Origin: Akkermansia sp.
GTDB lineage: Bacteria; Verrucomicrobiota; Verrucomicrobiia; Verrucomicrobiales; Akkermansiaceae
Length of the DNA: 64,000 nt
Direction of reading: 5' to 3'
Assembly: GCA_045615585.1 (NCBI GenBank)
Contig: JAZLFB010000280.1
Coordinates: forward strand, 6,219 to 70,218
The number at the start of each line of letters is the position of its first letter. Within the stretch, counting starts at the first letter, position 1. The translations under genes were made by a program, and so were the position numbers. This document shows positions 28,371-38,298 of the stretch, in pieces. The notes under the pieces are model-generated. The model was given only the letters and a program-made list of their open reading frames with translations, had not been told where the DNA came from and did not search any database.

Positions 28371-30332
28371 ATGATTTCTCCCCACATTCTCGCCGCTATC
28401 CGCACCGACATGGACACCTGTGCCGATGTGCTCTGCGAATGTCTGTGTGCCGCCGATATCTACACCGAGGGCGGCTACCACACCCCGCTCATGCTGGATA
28501 CGATGAATTTTCTGCTCTGCATTGCCGCAGCAGACGGCGAAATCTCCGTGCAGGAGAGGGAGCAGATAGCCGCGCTGTTCGATTATGATTTCTCGGCAGA
28601 TGAATGGACGGCTTACATGGATGAGCGAGGTATTTCCGACCGCAGTTTTCTGAAAAACGTTCCCTATTCCTACAATCTGCTCCTCTTGGCGGAGAAGAAG
28701 TGCAACTTCGGCAGCCATCCCACCCGCCTCTACACCGACCTCATGAACAGCGTGAGCCGCCACATGCTGCTGGCAGACGGCAAAGCCGACCGCTGCGAAC
28801 GCGAGGTGCGCGACAGCTACCTCCTCACCCTGACGGATGCCGCCTACCAACAACTGCCTGTGCCGTGGGAAGATGCCGCCCTACCCTCCCGCACAGCAGA
28901 GGATGCACAGGACACCAAGGGACGAATCGAGGAAACGCCTGATTTAAACGAAATCAACAGCAGTTTGCAGGAGTTGGCGAAAGCCATGGAGGAATTGGAA
29001 GGAATCGGTCTGTTGAAAAACAACGAACAATCGCCGAAAGAAATTCTGCTGGGCGGGGTGCGCGATTTTCTCTGCCGTCTGGCCGCCGCCGATGGAGAGA
29101 TTGAAGCATGGGAAGCAGTGCTCATCAACCGCTTAATCGGGGTGAAAGAGAACTCTTTCTCTCTGACATGGCGAGCGAAGAAATTGTATCGCAACGGCAG
29201 GGTAACGAACCCCGTGCCGGAGCTTCTCAAAGTTCTGACACGGCTCGACAAGATGTTCATGGCATCCAACCCATCGATAGGTAAAGGCTTATTGACGGCT
29301 TTCGCCGAACTCGGTCACTCATTTCTAAGCGCGAAAGGTTATGTTACGGATGAGGAAGCGGAATGTTATCTGAACAGCATCAGGCGCATGGAGCATTTTT
29401 ACTACGAAGAAAACTTCCCTGATATTGAATACACCCCCAGCGTCACCAAGCCGATTGAAACAAAACCCGCTCCGAACAAAGCGGATGACCGCCGCACCAT
29501 CGGCAAGGCAACAGGCGGGCACAGCGGCAATCTTGACTCTCTGTTGAAAGAGCTGGACGAACTGACGGGGCTGGAGTCCGTGAAAGCGGAGGTACGCACC
29601 CTTGTACACTTACAGGAGATGCAGCGCCAGCGCCGCCGCGAGGGCTTGCAACCACTCACGCTCTCTAACCACCTTGTGTTCAGCGGCAATCCCGGCACAG
29701 GCAAAACCACCGTGGCGCGTCTGCTGGCATCGATTTACTACCATCTCGGTATTCTGAAAGATGACAAGCTTACGGAGGTTGACCGCTCCGGGCTGGTGGG
29801 CGGCTATGTGGGGCAGACCGCCATCAAGGTGCAGGAGGTGATAGACAAAGCCCGCGGCGGCATTCTCTTTATTGACGAAGCCTACACCCTTGCCCCGAAA
29901 GGCAGCGGCAATGACTACGGACAGGAGGCTATCGACACGCTCCTAAAGGCCATGGAAGACCACCGCGACGAGCTCATTGTCATTGTGGCGGGGTACACCA
30001 AGCCGATGGAGCGTTTTATCGCGTCGAACCCCGGGTTGAAATCGCGCTTCAGCAAATACCTGCATTTCTCCGACTACAATGCCGAGGAGCTGCTGGACAT
30101 TTTCCGCCGCTTCTGCCGCAAAAACGACTATACCCTCACCCCCGAAGCCGAACAGGCGGCAGCCGCACAAATGCAGCAACTTTACAACGAGCGCGGGGAG
30201 GACTTTGCCAACGCGCGTGATGTACGCAACATCTTTGAGCGCGTCATCAGCCGCCAAGCGGGTCGTCTGTTCAACATGCCGCAGGCAGACAAAGCCGCGC
30301 TCACCCTCATCACCGCCGCCGATTTTGAGTAA
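28371..30332 (+). CDS. TerB-like-repeat + CbbX/SpoVK-family AAA+ ATPase
   Basis: N-terminal IAAADGEISVQE / LADGKADRCE / LAAADGEIEAWE motifs; C-terminal GNPGTGKTTVARL, ILFIDEAY, NPGLKSRF, FANARDVRN. Start ATG 28371 (the ORF-track start at 27516 overlaps the ankyrin gene). Confidence 0.85.
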   Translation: MISPHILAAIRTDMDTCADVLCECLCAADIYTEGGYHTPLMLDTMNFLLCIAAADGEISVQEREQIAALFDYDFSADEWTAYMDERGISDRSFLKNVPYSYNLLLLAEKKCNFGSHPTRLYTDLMNSVSRHMLLADGKADRCEREVRDSYLLTLTDAAYQQLPVPWEDAALPSRTAEDAQDTKGRIEETPDLNEINSSLQELAKAMEELEGIGLLKNNEQSPKEILLGGVRDFLCRLAAADGEIEAWEAVLINRLIGVKENSFSLTWRAKKLYRNGRVTNPVPELLKVLTRLDKMFMASNPSIGKGLLTAFAELGHSFLSAKGYVTDEEAECYLNSIRRMEHFYYEENFPDIEYTPSVTKPIETKPAPNKADDRRTIGKATGGHSGNLDSLLKELDELTGLESVKAEVRTLVHLQEMQRQRRREGLQPLTLSNHLVFSGNPGTGKTTVARLLASIYYHLGILKDDKLTEVDRSGLVGGYVGQTAIKVQEVIDKARGGILFIDEAYTLAPKGSGNDYGQEAIDTLLKAMEDHRDELIVIVAGYTKPMERFIASNPGLKSRFSKYLHFSDYNAEELLDIFRRFCRKNDYTLTPEAEQAAAAQMQQLYNERGEDFANARDVRNIFERVISRQAGRLFNMPQADKAALTLITAADFE

Positions 30333-30454
30333 AGCGAGAGCGAGAAGCGAGTTCTACCCCGACAAAGCGTCGTTTTGGGGCGAAATTGTCAACTTTGCGC
30401 TTCACAAACGGCGAAAAAACGTGTAGTATGAGCGCGTACACTATGGCTATCATC

Positions 30455-31759
30455 ATGCAAAAAACTCTGGCGAAGTGCGCTTCTATCGCCGGCACTTCCT
30501 TGCACACGGGCAAACCCGTCAACATGACCATCAAGCCTGCGGATGTGAACACGGGTCTGATGTTCCGCCGCGTTGATTTGCCTGACAAACCTTTCATTCC
30601 CGCCTCTGCCGCCAAGGTGCAGACGGTGGAACGCGCTACCTCCCTTGCCGAAGGTTCGGTGAAGGTACACACGGTGGAGCACATCCTGTCCGCCCTCACG
30701 GGTATGGGTGTCGATAACGCCATCATCGAGATGGATGCCAGCGAGCCCCCCATCGGTGACGGTTCCGCCCGCCCCTTTGTCAAGATGATTAAGCAGGCCG
30801 GGATTGTGGAGCAGGATACCCCCTGCGATATCTGGGGTATCAGCGAGCCCATTGAGGTGGTGAACAAAAACGGCTCCCGCATCGTGATTATGCCCGGCAA
30901 GGGCTTTTCCGTATCCGTCACCGCCGTGGGTCCGCAGGGTCGCGTAACGCAGTTCTTCCACTCCGAAATCACCCCCGAAACCTACGAAAAGGAACTGGCG
31001 GATGCCCGCACCTTCTGTTTCTACGAGGATATCCAGCCGCTGCTGGAGAAAGGTCTTATTCAGGGCGGCACGCTGGACAACGCCATTGTGATTAAGGGGG
31101 ATGAATACCTTTGCGCGGGCGGTCTGCGCCACCACAACGAATGTGCCCGCCACAAGGCGATGGACATGATCGGCGACCTGATTCTGAACGGCCGCCGCAT
31201 CAACGGCCACGTGATTGCCATCATGCCCGGCCACGGCATCAACACCGCCATGGCGGCCAAGCTGCAACAGAAGTTCGAGAGCATGGAGGCCATGCGACCC
31301 AAGCCCTTCATCTTCCCCGAGGGCAACTCCATGCTCGACACCACCGAGGTGCTCAAGCTGCTGCCCCACCGTTACCCCTTCCTGCTGGTTGACCGCATCC
31401 TCGGTTTCGAGGGCGAGAACAAGTGCATCGGTCAAAAGAACCTGACGATGAACGAGCTGTTCTTCCAAGGTCACTTCCCCGGTCACCCTGTGATGCCCGG
31501 TGTGTTGCAGCTGGAAGCCATGGCACAGGTTGGCTCTATCCTCATGCTCCGCATGCCCGAAAACCAGGGCAAAATCGGTTATTTCATGAGTGCCGACAAG
31601 GTGAAGTGGCGCAAGCCTGTCACCCCCGGCGATGTGCTGATTATCGAGACCGAACTCACGAAGCTCCGCGGCGCCATCGGCGTGGCGCAGGCTCGCTGCC
31701 TTGTCAACGGCGAGATTACCTGTGAGGCCGAGCTCAAATTTATGGTGCAGGACCGCTGA
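30455..31759 (+). CDS. lpxC-fabZ: Bifunctional LpxC-FabZ
   Basis: QKTL...GTSLHTG, TVEHILSAL and RHKAMDMIGDL (LpxC); LLPHRYPFLLVDR and HFPGHPVMPGVLQLEAMAQ (FabZ). Alternative starts at 30428 or 30443. Confidence 0.95.
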   Translation: MQKTLAKCASIAGTSLHTGKPVNMTIKPADVNTGLMFRRVDLPDKPFIPASAAKVQTVERATSLAEGSVKVHTVEHILSALTGMGVDNAIIEMDASEPPIGDGSARPFVKMIKQAGIVEQDTPCDIWGISEPIEVVNKNGSRIVIMPGKGFSVSVTAVGPQGRVTQFFHSEITPETYEKELADARTFCFYEDIQPLLEKGLIQGGTLDNAIVIKGDEYLCAGGLRHHNECARHKAMDMIGDLILNGRRINGHVIAIMPGHGINTAMAAKLQQKFESMEAMRPKPFIFPEGNSMLDTTEVLKLLPHRYPFLLVDRILGFEGENKCIGQKNLTMNELFFQGHFPGHPVMPGVLQLEAMAQVGSILMLRMPENQGKIGYFMSADKVKWRKPVTPGDVLIIETELTKLRGAIGVAQARCLVNGEITCEAELKFMVQDR

Positions 31760-31796
31760 GTTTTTCACCAAAACAAAAAAAAATGCAGAACGGTGC

Positions 31797-31824
31797 TTGA
31801 CATACGCCGTTTTTCAGGTATCAT
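31797..31824 (+). promoter_or_regulatory. Sigma70-type promoter of the rpmH operon
   Basis: TTGACA (31797-31802), 16 bp, TATCAT (31819-31824), preceded by an A-rich tract. Confidence 0.7.
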
Positions 31825-31886
31825 ATCCGTCCCGACCGTTATCTGCGGGAAGGACGAAACCATTTCACAAAACACAATAACAGATT

Positions 31887-32069
31887 ATGAGCAAGAGAAC
31901 ATACCAGCCTTCCAAGCGCTGCCGTAAGCGCCAGTTCGGTTTCCGCGCCCGCATGGCTTCCAAGTCCGGTCGCGCCATCCTCGCCCGTCGTCGTGCCAAG
32001 GGTCGCAAGCGTCTGCTGCCCAAGGGTGCAGAGGTGCACTACAAGCGCCACACCATCCAGCACGGCTAA
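31887..32069 (+). CDS. rpmH: 50S ribosomal protein L34
   Basis: [22 protein letters not shown]...[14 protein letters not shown]. Confidence 0.97.
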   Translation: MSKRTYQPSKRCRKRQFGFRARMASKSGRAILARRRAKGRKRLLPKGAEVHYKRHTIQHG

Positions 32070-32151
32070 AGAACGGCCTGTCACACGGGGGTCGGTGCTC
32101 TTTTTGAGGTTACGCCGCCCCCTGTGCGAAGGAATAAACGCCCTGTCTACG

Positions 32152-32571
32152 ATGCAGCTGACACGGTGCCAAACCATGAAGCGAGCTTATGAGTTCGCCA
32201 TGGTACGCGCCCAAGGCTCATCCCAAGCAGGGCGTTTTCTTGTGCTCAGTCTCTGCCCGCAACCGCGCGGCAAGATGACAGGCACAGGGGGCGTTGAGGC
32301 GGCAGAAGAGGCCGTGCGGGAATCCCGCTTCGGCATCATTACCACCAAGCGGCTGGGACATGCGGTGACCCGCGTGTTGCTGCGCCGCCGCGTGCGCGAG
32401 ATTCTGCGGCAGCACGGTGAGCCCCTTGCCAAGGGGTTTTACGTGGTCGTCATCCCCCGCTACACCGCCGCCAAGGCCACCTACGCCGAACTGGAGAAAG
32501 ATTTTCAAAAACTGCTGCGCCGCGCCCTGCCCAAGCAGAAAGCGGCGGCACAACCCGCACAGGTATCATGA
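32152..32571 (+). CDS. rnpA: Ribonuclease P protein component
   Basis: [21 protein letters not shown] motif; position between rpmH and yidD; start ATG 32152. Confidence 0.92.
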   Translation: MQLTRCQTMKRAYEFAMVRAQGSSQAGRFLVLSLCPQPRGKMTGTGGVEAAEEAVRESRFGIITTKRLGHAVTRVLLRRRVREILRQHGEPLAKGFYVVVIPRYTAAKATYAELEKDFQKLLRRALPKQKAAAQPAQVS

Positions 32572-32846
32572 TGAAATGGCTGGTCATTGCCCCTGTGCGC
32601 TTTTACAAACGTTTTATCAGCCGCCCGCTGCATGTGTTAGCGGGTCCTATGGGCGGGTGTCGCTACACCCCCACCTGCTCTACCTACTTCATTCAGGCCG
32701 TGGAGATTCACGGTGCTCTTAAAGGCTCTCTCATGGGCATTTGGCGCATTCTGCGCTGCAACCCTTGGGGCGGCTGCGGGTACGACCCCGTTCCGCCCCG
32801 CAAAGACAAGAACGAACCATCTTCCGATAACCCCGACAACCCCTAA
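32568..32846 (+). CDS. yidD: Membrane protein insertion efficiency factor
   Basis: [10 protein letters not shown]...HG..KG...[16 protein letters not shown]. Confidence 0.95.
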   Translation: MMKWLVIAPVRFYKRFISRPLHVLAGPMGGCRYTPTCSTYFIQAVEIHGALKGSLMGIWRILRCNPWGGCGYDPVPPRKDKNEPSSDNPDNP

Positions 32847-32873
32847 CCGATAACCCCCATCCCAAGTTAAATC

Positions 32874-34796
32874 ATGGATAAAAAAGCATGGATTGTGGTG
32901 ACCATCTGCACGCTGCTGTTGGCAGGGCAATGGTACATGATGAATGAACAGCGCAAGGAGGAGGCCGCCAAGGCTGCTACCGAACAGGCAGCTGCCCCCG
33001 AAGCCGCCGCCACGGAGACACAGGCCGCAACGGAAACGCCCGCCGCGCCCGCTGCCGAAACGGCTGCCGCCCCCACCACGGAAGCCCCCGCCGCCGAGGA
33101 AATTTCTGCCGAAAAGCCCGAAATCATTGCCACCCTCACGGGTAAGCTGCCTGACGGCACGGCAGTGGCACGCTACGACTTCCGCGACATCGGCGGCAGC
33201 GTTTCCGGCGTCACCATGCTGGGCAAGGCCATCAACAGCACCAAGCCGGAGCTGCATCAGGACGTGGTGCTGAACAGCGCCGCGCAGCAGGGTATCGGCA
33301 CGCTGATGTTCAACCTGAACGGCACGCCCAAGTTCGACACCGCCAAGTACAGCGTCCTTGCCGAGCAGACGAACGACAAGCAGGTCACGCTGGTGGGGCG
33401 CGCGGGCAACCTCATCATCCGCAAGATTTACACCCTGAAGCCCCTGCAACAGGGTGAGGACACCATCGAGGGCAATGCCTATGTGCTTGACCTGAAGATT
33501 GATGTACAGAACACCGCCGCCACCGCACAGGAAGCCGCTAACTGGGGGCTTTACGCAGGTGCCATGGGTCCGCTGTCCACCTCCGACAGCTACTACAACC
33601 ACTACGTCCGTTTAGAGGACAACAGCTTCAGCAAGGAGAACGCGGGCAGTTTCCGCCCATGGTTCGGCCGCGCCAAAGACCACGAGCTGGTGACCGATGC
33701 CAAGGATTTGGAATGGGTGGGTACCATGAACCAGTACTACGCCACCATCGTGCAGCCCGCCAAGAACTGCGCCACCAACACCTACTACGCCGCGCCCTTC
33801 AAGTTCAACCAGCCTGTCACGAATGCCGAGGTCGAGGGGCTTGAAGCTGCCGTGGGCATGCCCGCTTTCACCCTCTCGCCCAAGACGGAGGGCATGCAGG
33901 GCGGGCAGCAGAGCTTCTCTTACTCCATCTTCATGGGTCCCAAGCTGAACCTGATGCTCAACGACATGACGGGTGAGTTCCGCAAGCTGGACCGCGTGAT
34001 GGACTACTCCTTCGTCACGCCCATCAGCTACGCGATGAACTGGCTCATCAACAAGCTGTACCTGTTGTTCGGCAACTGGGGCTGGTCCATCGTGGCCATG
34101 ACCTTTGTGGTGCGTCTGCTCATTTGGCCGCTGTACCGCAAGAGCTACTACAGCATGAAGCGCATGAGCCTGTTGCAGCCCAAGATTCAGGAGCTGAAGG
34201 ACAAGTACGGCAACGACAACCAGAAGGTGCAGGTGGAGATGATGAACCTGTACCGCGAATACGGCATCAACCCCACGGCGGGCTGTCTGCCCATGATGTT
34301 GCAGATGCCCATCTTCCTTGCCTTCTTCTGGATGCTGCAAACCGCCGCCGAGTTCCGCGGCGCACCTTGGATGGGTTGGGTGACCGACCTGTCGCAGATG
34401 GACACCGTGGCCACGCTGCCCATCATGGGGCATGAGCTGCCCATCAACATTCTGCCCATCATCATGGCGTTCTCCATGCTGTTCATGATGCGCATGACCC
34501 CCACCCCCGCGGGTGCCGACAACATGCAGGTAAAAATCATGCGCTGGATGCCGCTGATGTTCTTCTTCTTCTGCTACACCTACGGCAGCGCCCTCGCCCT
34601 GTACTGGACGACCACGAACATCATCTCCATCATCCAGACCCTCATCATCCGCCGCATGCCGATGCCTGAGCTGGAGAAGGTTACCAAGAAGAAGGGGCAT
34701 AAAAAATCCTTCTTCGAAAAGATGATGGATGCCCAGCAGAAAGCATTGGACGAGCAGCAACGCCAAGCGGGCATGCGCAACGTTACCAAGAAGTAA
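32874..34796 (+). CDS. yidC: Membrane protein insertase
   Basis: GNWGWSIVAMTFVVRLLIWPL, NP.AGCLPMMLQMPIF, WVTDLSQMD, SALALYW. Confidence 0.96.
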   Translation: MDKKAWIVVTICTLLLAGQWYMMNEQRKEEAAKAATEQAAAPEAAATETQAATETPAAPAAETAAAPTTEAPAAEEISAEKPEIIATLTGKLPDGTAVARYDFRDIGGSVSGVTMLGKAINSTKPELHQDVVLNSAAQQGIGTLMFNLNGTPKFDTAKYSVLAEQTNDKQVTLVGRAGNLIIRKIYTLKPLQQGEDTIEGNAYVLDLKIDVQNTAATAQEAANWGLYAGAMGPLSTSDSYYNHYVRLEDNSFSKENAGSFRPWFGRAKDHELVTDAKDLEWVGTMNQYYATIVQPAKNCATNTYYAAPFKFNQPVTNAEVEGLEAAVGMPAFTLSPKTEGMQGGQQSFSYSIFMGPKLNLMLNDMTGEFRKLDRVMDYSFVTPISYAMNWLINKLYLLFGNWGWSIVAMTFVVRLLIWPLYRKSYYSMKRMSLLQPKIQELKDKYGNDNQKVQVEMMNLYREYGINPTAGCLPMMLQMPIFLAFFWMLQTAAEFRGAPWMGWVTDLSQMDTVATLPIMGHELPINILPIIMAFSMLFMMRMTPTPAGADNMQVKIMRWMPLMFFFFCYTYGSALALYWTTTNIISIIQTLIIRRMPMPELEKVTKKKGHKKSFFEKMMDAQQKALDEQQRQAGMRNVTKK

Positions 34797-34829
34797 CGCC
34801 CCTGCCCTAACAAGCGCACAAGCTTCCCC

Positions 34830-34862
34830 AAGCCCCGCAGAGCCGACTCTGCGGGGCTTTTC
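34830..34862 (+). terminator. Intrinsic terminator after yidC
   Basis: AAGCCCCGCAGAG-CCGA-CTCTGCGGGGCTT followed by T's. Confidence 0.8.
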
Positions 34863-34912
34863 GTTGCCGCCGAACGCGCGATTTTCCCGCGTCAGCACTA
34901 ACAAAAAAGGGC

Positions 34913-34941
34913 GTGACAAGCGGGGGCGGCGGTGGTATAAT
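34913..34941 (+). promoter_or_regulatory. Sigma70-type promoter of nadB
   Basis: GTGACA, 17 bp, TATAAT, with an extended TG. Confidence 0.65.
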
Positions 34942-34966
34942 CGCCCGCGTTATTTTCTGCGCTAAG

Positions 34967-36565
34967 ATGATTACATCTGATTTCCTAGTGATCGGCAGCG
35001 GCGTGGCGGGCCTCAGTTTTGCCCTGCGCGCCGCCGAACACGGCAAGGTGGTTGTCCTTTGCAAGAGCGACCCCCTTGTCTCCAGCTCGGCCAAAGCCCA
35101 AGGCGGTATCGCCGCCGTGATGGATAAAAACGACACCTTTGAAGAACACGTTGCCGACACGCTGGATGCAGGCGCAGGCCTGTGCGACGAAGCGGCGGTA
35201 CGCACCATTGTGACGGAAGCCCCCGAAGCGATTGAGGAGCTGCTGTCTTGGGGTGTGGATTTCGACATGGAGAAAGACGGCGAGTTTGAGCTGGGTCGCG
35301 AGGGCGGTCACGGCAAGCGCCGCATTCTGCACGCCAAGGACACCACGGGTCTGGAAATCAGCACCAAGCTGCTGCGTTGCGCGCAACAGCACCCGAACAT
35401 CACCCTGCTGGATCACCGCATCGCCATCGACTTTATCACCACCGCCAAGCTGGGCTGCGTGACGGAAGACCGCGTGCTGGGCGCCTATGTGCTGAACCCC
35501 GCCACGGGCGAGGTGGACATCTTCCGCAGCGACCGCATCATGCTCGCCACGGGCGGCACGGGGCGCGTGTACATGTACACCACCAACCCCTCCACCGCCA
35601 CGGGTGACGGCGTAGCGATGGCATGGCGCGCGGGTGCCTGCGTCTCCAATCTGGAGTTCGTGCAGTTCCACCCCACCACGTTCTACAACCCCAAGAGCAG
35701 CGACCGCGACGGTCTGACCTTCCTCATCTCCGAAGCCGTGCGCGGCGAGGGCGGTATTCTCAAGGGGCCGGACGGCAAGGAGTTCATGCAGAAGTATGAC
35801 CCCCGCAAGAGCCTTGCCCCGCGCGACATTGTGGCACGCGCCATCAACAGCGAGATTCTGCGCACCGGCCACCCCTGCATGTATCTGGACATGACGCACA
35901 AGCCCAAGGGTTTCATGGCCGAGCGTTTCCCCTACATCTACGAAACATGCAAGAGCTACGGAGTGGATGCTGAGACGGATATGATTCCCGTTGTGCCCTC
36001 CGCCCACTACCAGTGCGGCGGCGTTCAGACCGACACCAACGGTCAGTCCACCCTGCGCGGGCTGTTTGTGGCGGGTGAAACAGGCTGCACAGGTCTGCAC
36101 GGTGCCAACCGTCTGGCCAGCAACTCGCTGCTGGAATGTGTGGTTATCACCAAACGCGCCCTTGCCAAGATGCTGACAACCCTGCCGCTGGCTCATGCGG
36201 TGGATGAATACCCCATCCCCGAATGGAAGCACGGCGAAAAGGCCGAGCGCGACGACCTTGCCATCCTCTACCACTGCTGGGATGAAGTGCGCCGCACCAT
36301 GACGGACTACGTGAGCATTGTGCGCACCAACCATCGTTTGCAGCGTGCCGCCGCGCGTCTCCGCAACATCAACCGCGAAATCAACGAGTATTACTGGGGC
36401 TACCGCGTCACGCCGGAAATCATCGACCTGCGTAACCTTGCCCTCACCGCTTCGCTGATTGTGGACTGCGCCATCCGCCGTCAGGAATCCCGCGGGCTGC
36501 ACTACACGCTGGATGCCCCCGACAAGCTGCCTGTGGCCCGACCCAGCGTGCTGCACAACTCGTAA
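34967..36565 (+). CDS. nadB: L-aspartate oxidase
   Basis: VIGSGVAGL, AQGGIA, REGGHG..RILH, QFHPT, LISEAVRGEG, HYQCGG, GLHGANRLASNSLLE. Confidence 0.95.
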   Translation: MITSDFLVIGSGVAGLSFALRAAEHGKVVVLCKSDPLVSSSAKAQGGIAAVMDKNDTFEEHVADTLDAGAGLCDEAAVRTIVTEAPEAIEELLSWGVDFDMEKDGEFELGREGGHGKRRILHAKDTTGLEISTKLLRCAQQHPNITLLDHRIAIDFITTAKLGCVTEDRVLGAYVLNPATGEVDIFRSDRIMLATGGTGRVYMYTTNPSTATGDGVAMAWRAGACVSNLEFVQFHPTTFYNPKSSDRDGLTFLISEAVRGEGGILKGPDGKEFMQKYDPRKSLAPRDIVARAINSEILRTGHPCMYLDMTHKPKGFMAERFPYIYETCKSYGVDAETDMIPVVPSAHYQCGGVQTDTNGQSTLRGLFVAGETGCTGLHGANRLASNSLLECVVITKRALAKMLTTLPLAHAVDEYPIPEWKHGEKAERDDLAILYHCWDEVRRTMTDYVSIVRTNHRLQRAAARLRNINREINEYYWGYRVTPEIIDLRNLALTASLIVDCAIRRQESRGLHYTLDAPDKLPVARPSVLHNS

Positions 36566-36582
36566 CCCCCTGCTCTTTCGCC

Positions 36583-37503
36583 ATGCGACGTTTCTTCCCC
36601 CTGCTTCTGCTGCCGTATCTGCTCTCGGGCGCTCCCGCCTTTGCTGCGGGGTCCTCGAATAGCAGCAACGCCGGCAAACTGGTGTCACGCGTCACCTCAC
36701 CCACCCGCAAAGAGCTGGCAGAGGAGAATCTGCGCACAGCTGCCATCAAGGCAGGGCCCCTGAAACCCACGCTCGACCAGAGCCACCGTCGAAACTTCCC
36801 CGACCCCAAGAAGCAGCCGCAGACGAGCCGACTGGGTGTCTACCCTTGGCATTTCGACATCACCGCCACCTACTTCTTCATCGGCGAGCTGGCCACCAAG
36901 CGCAACCCTACGCCCAACACCGCCAGCAGCTGGGACAGCCAGTGGGATGACAACTACGGCGGCTACGATGACCCCGACCCAGCCCACCGAGACCCCGTGA
37001 CGTTTGCCCCTAAAGGTTTCACCCCGCAGCTCAATCCCTTCTACGTTGCCCTTCCCTACAACGACATTGAAAGAGGCGGTCCCAAGCCCGAAGCCGAAAA
37101 GGTCATTCCGTGGTATGTGCGCGACAAAGAAGGCAAGTACGAATCCGTCTGCCGCGGCATGTGGGTGCAGATTTACTACAACGGGCGTTACTGCTATGCC
37201 CAGTGGGAGGACTGCGGTCCCTTTGTGACCGATGACTGGGAATACGTCTTCCAAGGTGCGCGCCCCAAGAACAAATCGAATCAGGAAGCGGGCATCGACA
37301 TTTCCCCCGCCGTGCGCGACTATCTGGGTATACCCGGCGGCATGGCAAAAGTACATTGGCGCTTTGTGGAATTCCCGTTGGTACCGGGCGGTCCCTGGGC
37401 GCGATACGGCAAAGACAATCCCTTTGTCAACCCTGCGCTTAAGCAAGCCATTCAGAAATATCGCTTCTACCAGCTTAAAAAGCGCTCCGGCAAGAAGAGA
37501 TAA
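36583..37503 (+). CDS. Exported protein with probable double-psi beta-barrel (RlpA/expansin-like) domain
   Basis: Signal peptide; YVALPY...YAQWEDCGP...GIDISPAVRDYL resembles a DPBB fold. Confidence 0.6.
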   Translation: MRRFFPLLLLPYLLSGAPAFAAGSSNSSNAGKLVSRVTSPTRKELAEENLRTAAIKAGPLKPTLDQSHRRNFPDPKKQPQTSRLGVYPWHFDITATYFFIGELATKRNPTPNTASSWDSQWDDNYGGYDDPDPAHRDPVTFAPKGFTPQLNPFYVALPYNDIERGGPKPEAEKVIPWYVRDKEGKYESVCRGMWVQIYYNGRYCYAQWEDCGPFVTDDWEYVFQGARPKNKSNQEAGIDISPAVRDYLGIPGGMAKVHWRFVEFPLVPGGPWARYGKDNPFVNPALKQAIQKYRFYQLKKRSGKKR

Positions 37504-37510
37504 AGTTGAA

Positions 37511-37552
37511 AAACAGAGCGGGCGGACAGTAACCTGTCCGCCCTTTCTGTTT
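37511..37552. terminator. Bidirectional terminator between convergent genes
   Basis: GGGCGGACAG-TAAC-CTGTCCGCCC flanked by AAACAGA / TCTGTTT. Confidence 0.75.
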
Positions 37553-37579
37553 GAAGTGGTTTTCTCGTTCGGTGTTCCT

Positions 37580-38293
37580 TTACCCCTTGTTCACCTGTCG
37601 CAGGGTGGCGGGCTGTTGCTCTTTCAGGTTCAGCGTGCATTGCAAGCGGTGGGTGCCTTTCTGCAATTTCAAAAACACGGTGTACACGCCGCGCAGCTCG
37701 GTCACAACGTTGTAGGAAGTGAAGAACGCATCCAAGCCCTTTCCGTCCGCCAGCCAAGCGGCATCAACGGCATCGTTCCTGATATCCTCCACCACCAGAC
37801 TGAACAGGTAATAGCCGTCCTGCGGGACGGAAAAAGACACCTCTGTTTTCCACCACGCCTCCCCCGCAGGCGCCCATACCACCTCATGCCCCTGAACCAA
37901 GTCGGGAAGGACTGCCCCGCTGTCGTTCAACGGCGGCAGCCCCTGCCCCATGCGGCGGCGGTACAGCGCCATGCCGTTCCACAGAGAAAACGCCCAGTCC
38001 ACAAGAATACGGAACGCCCCGCAGAGCAGCCAGAACCGCCAGACATACACGTCATAGGGGGAATCAAACAAGGTAAGCCCCAGCCCCACGGCCAGCATGA
38101 GGATGCTCAACACCCCCAACGGCAACAGCATACCCATCACCGCCAGCATGAGCAGCATGAGCGGATTCAGCGGCGTTTTCCGCAGCAAATCACGCCGCGC
38201 CATGCGCTGCCACAGTTGTGCCAGCTCACGCTGCGTGCTCTCGGCATGACCGCCGTGCCGCAGTTCCGCCGCGCCGCCTTTACCCTGACTCAT
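37580..38293 (-). CDS. Hypothetical membrane protein
   Basis: Two to three TM segments and a soluble C-terminal beta domain; last gene of a three-gene minus-strand unit. Confidence 0.65.
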   Translation of the reverse strand: MSQGKGGAAELRHGGHAESTQRELAQLWQRMARRDLLRKTPLNPLMLLMLAVMGMLLPLGVLSILMLAVGLGLTLFDSPYDVYVWRFWLLCGAFRILVDWAFSLWNGMALYRRRMGQGLPPLNDSGAVLPDLVQGHEVVWAPAGEAWWKTEVSFSVPQDGYYLFSLVVEDIRNDAVDAAWLADGKGLDAFFTSYNVVTELRGVYTVFLKLQKGTHRLQCTLNLKEQQPATLRQVNKG

Positions 38294-38298
38294 AGCTG

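Noticed and set aside
30455-31759. LpxC-FabZ fusion as a novelty
   Set aside because: This is an established fusion in Bacteroidota, Chlorobiota and Verrucomicrobiota.
31887-32069. C-terminally extended L34
   Set aside because: Appears to be a lineage trait of Verrucomicrobia rather than a locus-specific feature.
31797-34796. rpmH-rnpA-yidD-yidC as a marker of oriC
   Set aside because: No dnaA/dnaN and no DnaA-box cluster nearby. The only TTATCCACA I noticed (5795-5803) is single and inside a CDS.
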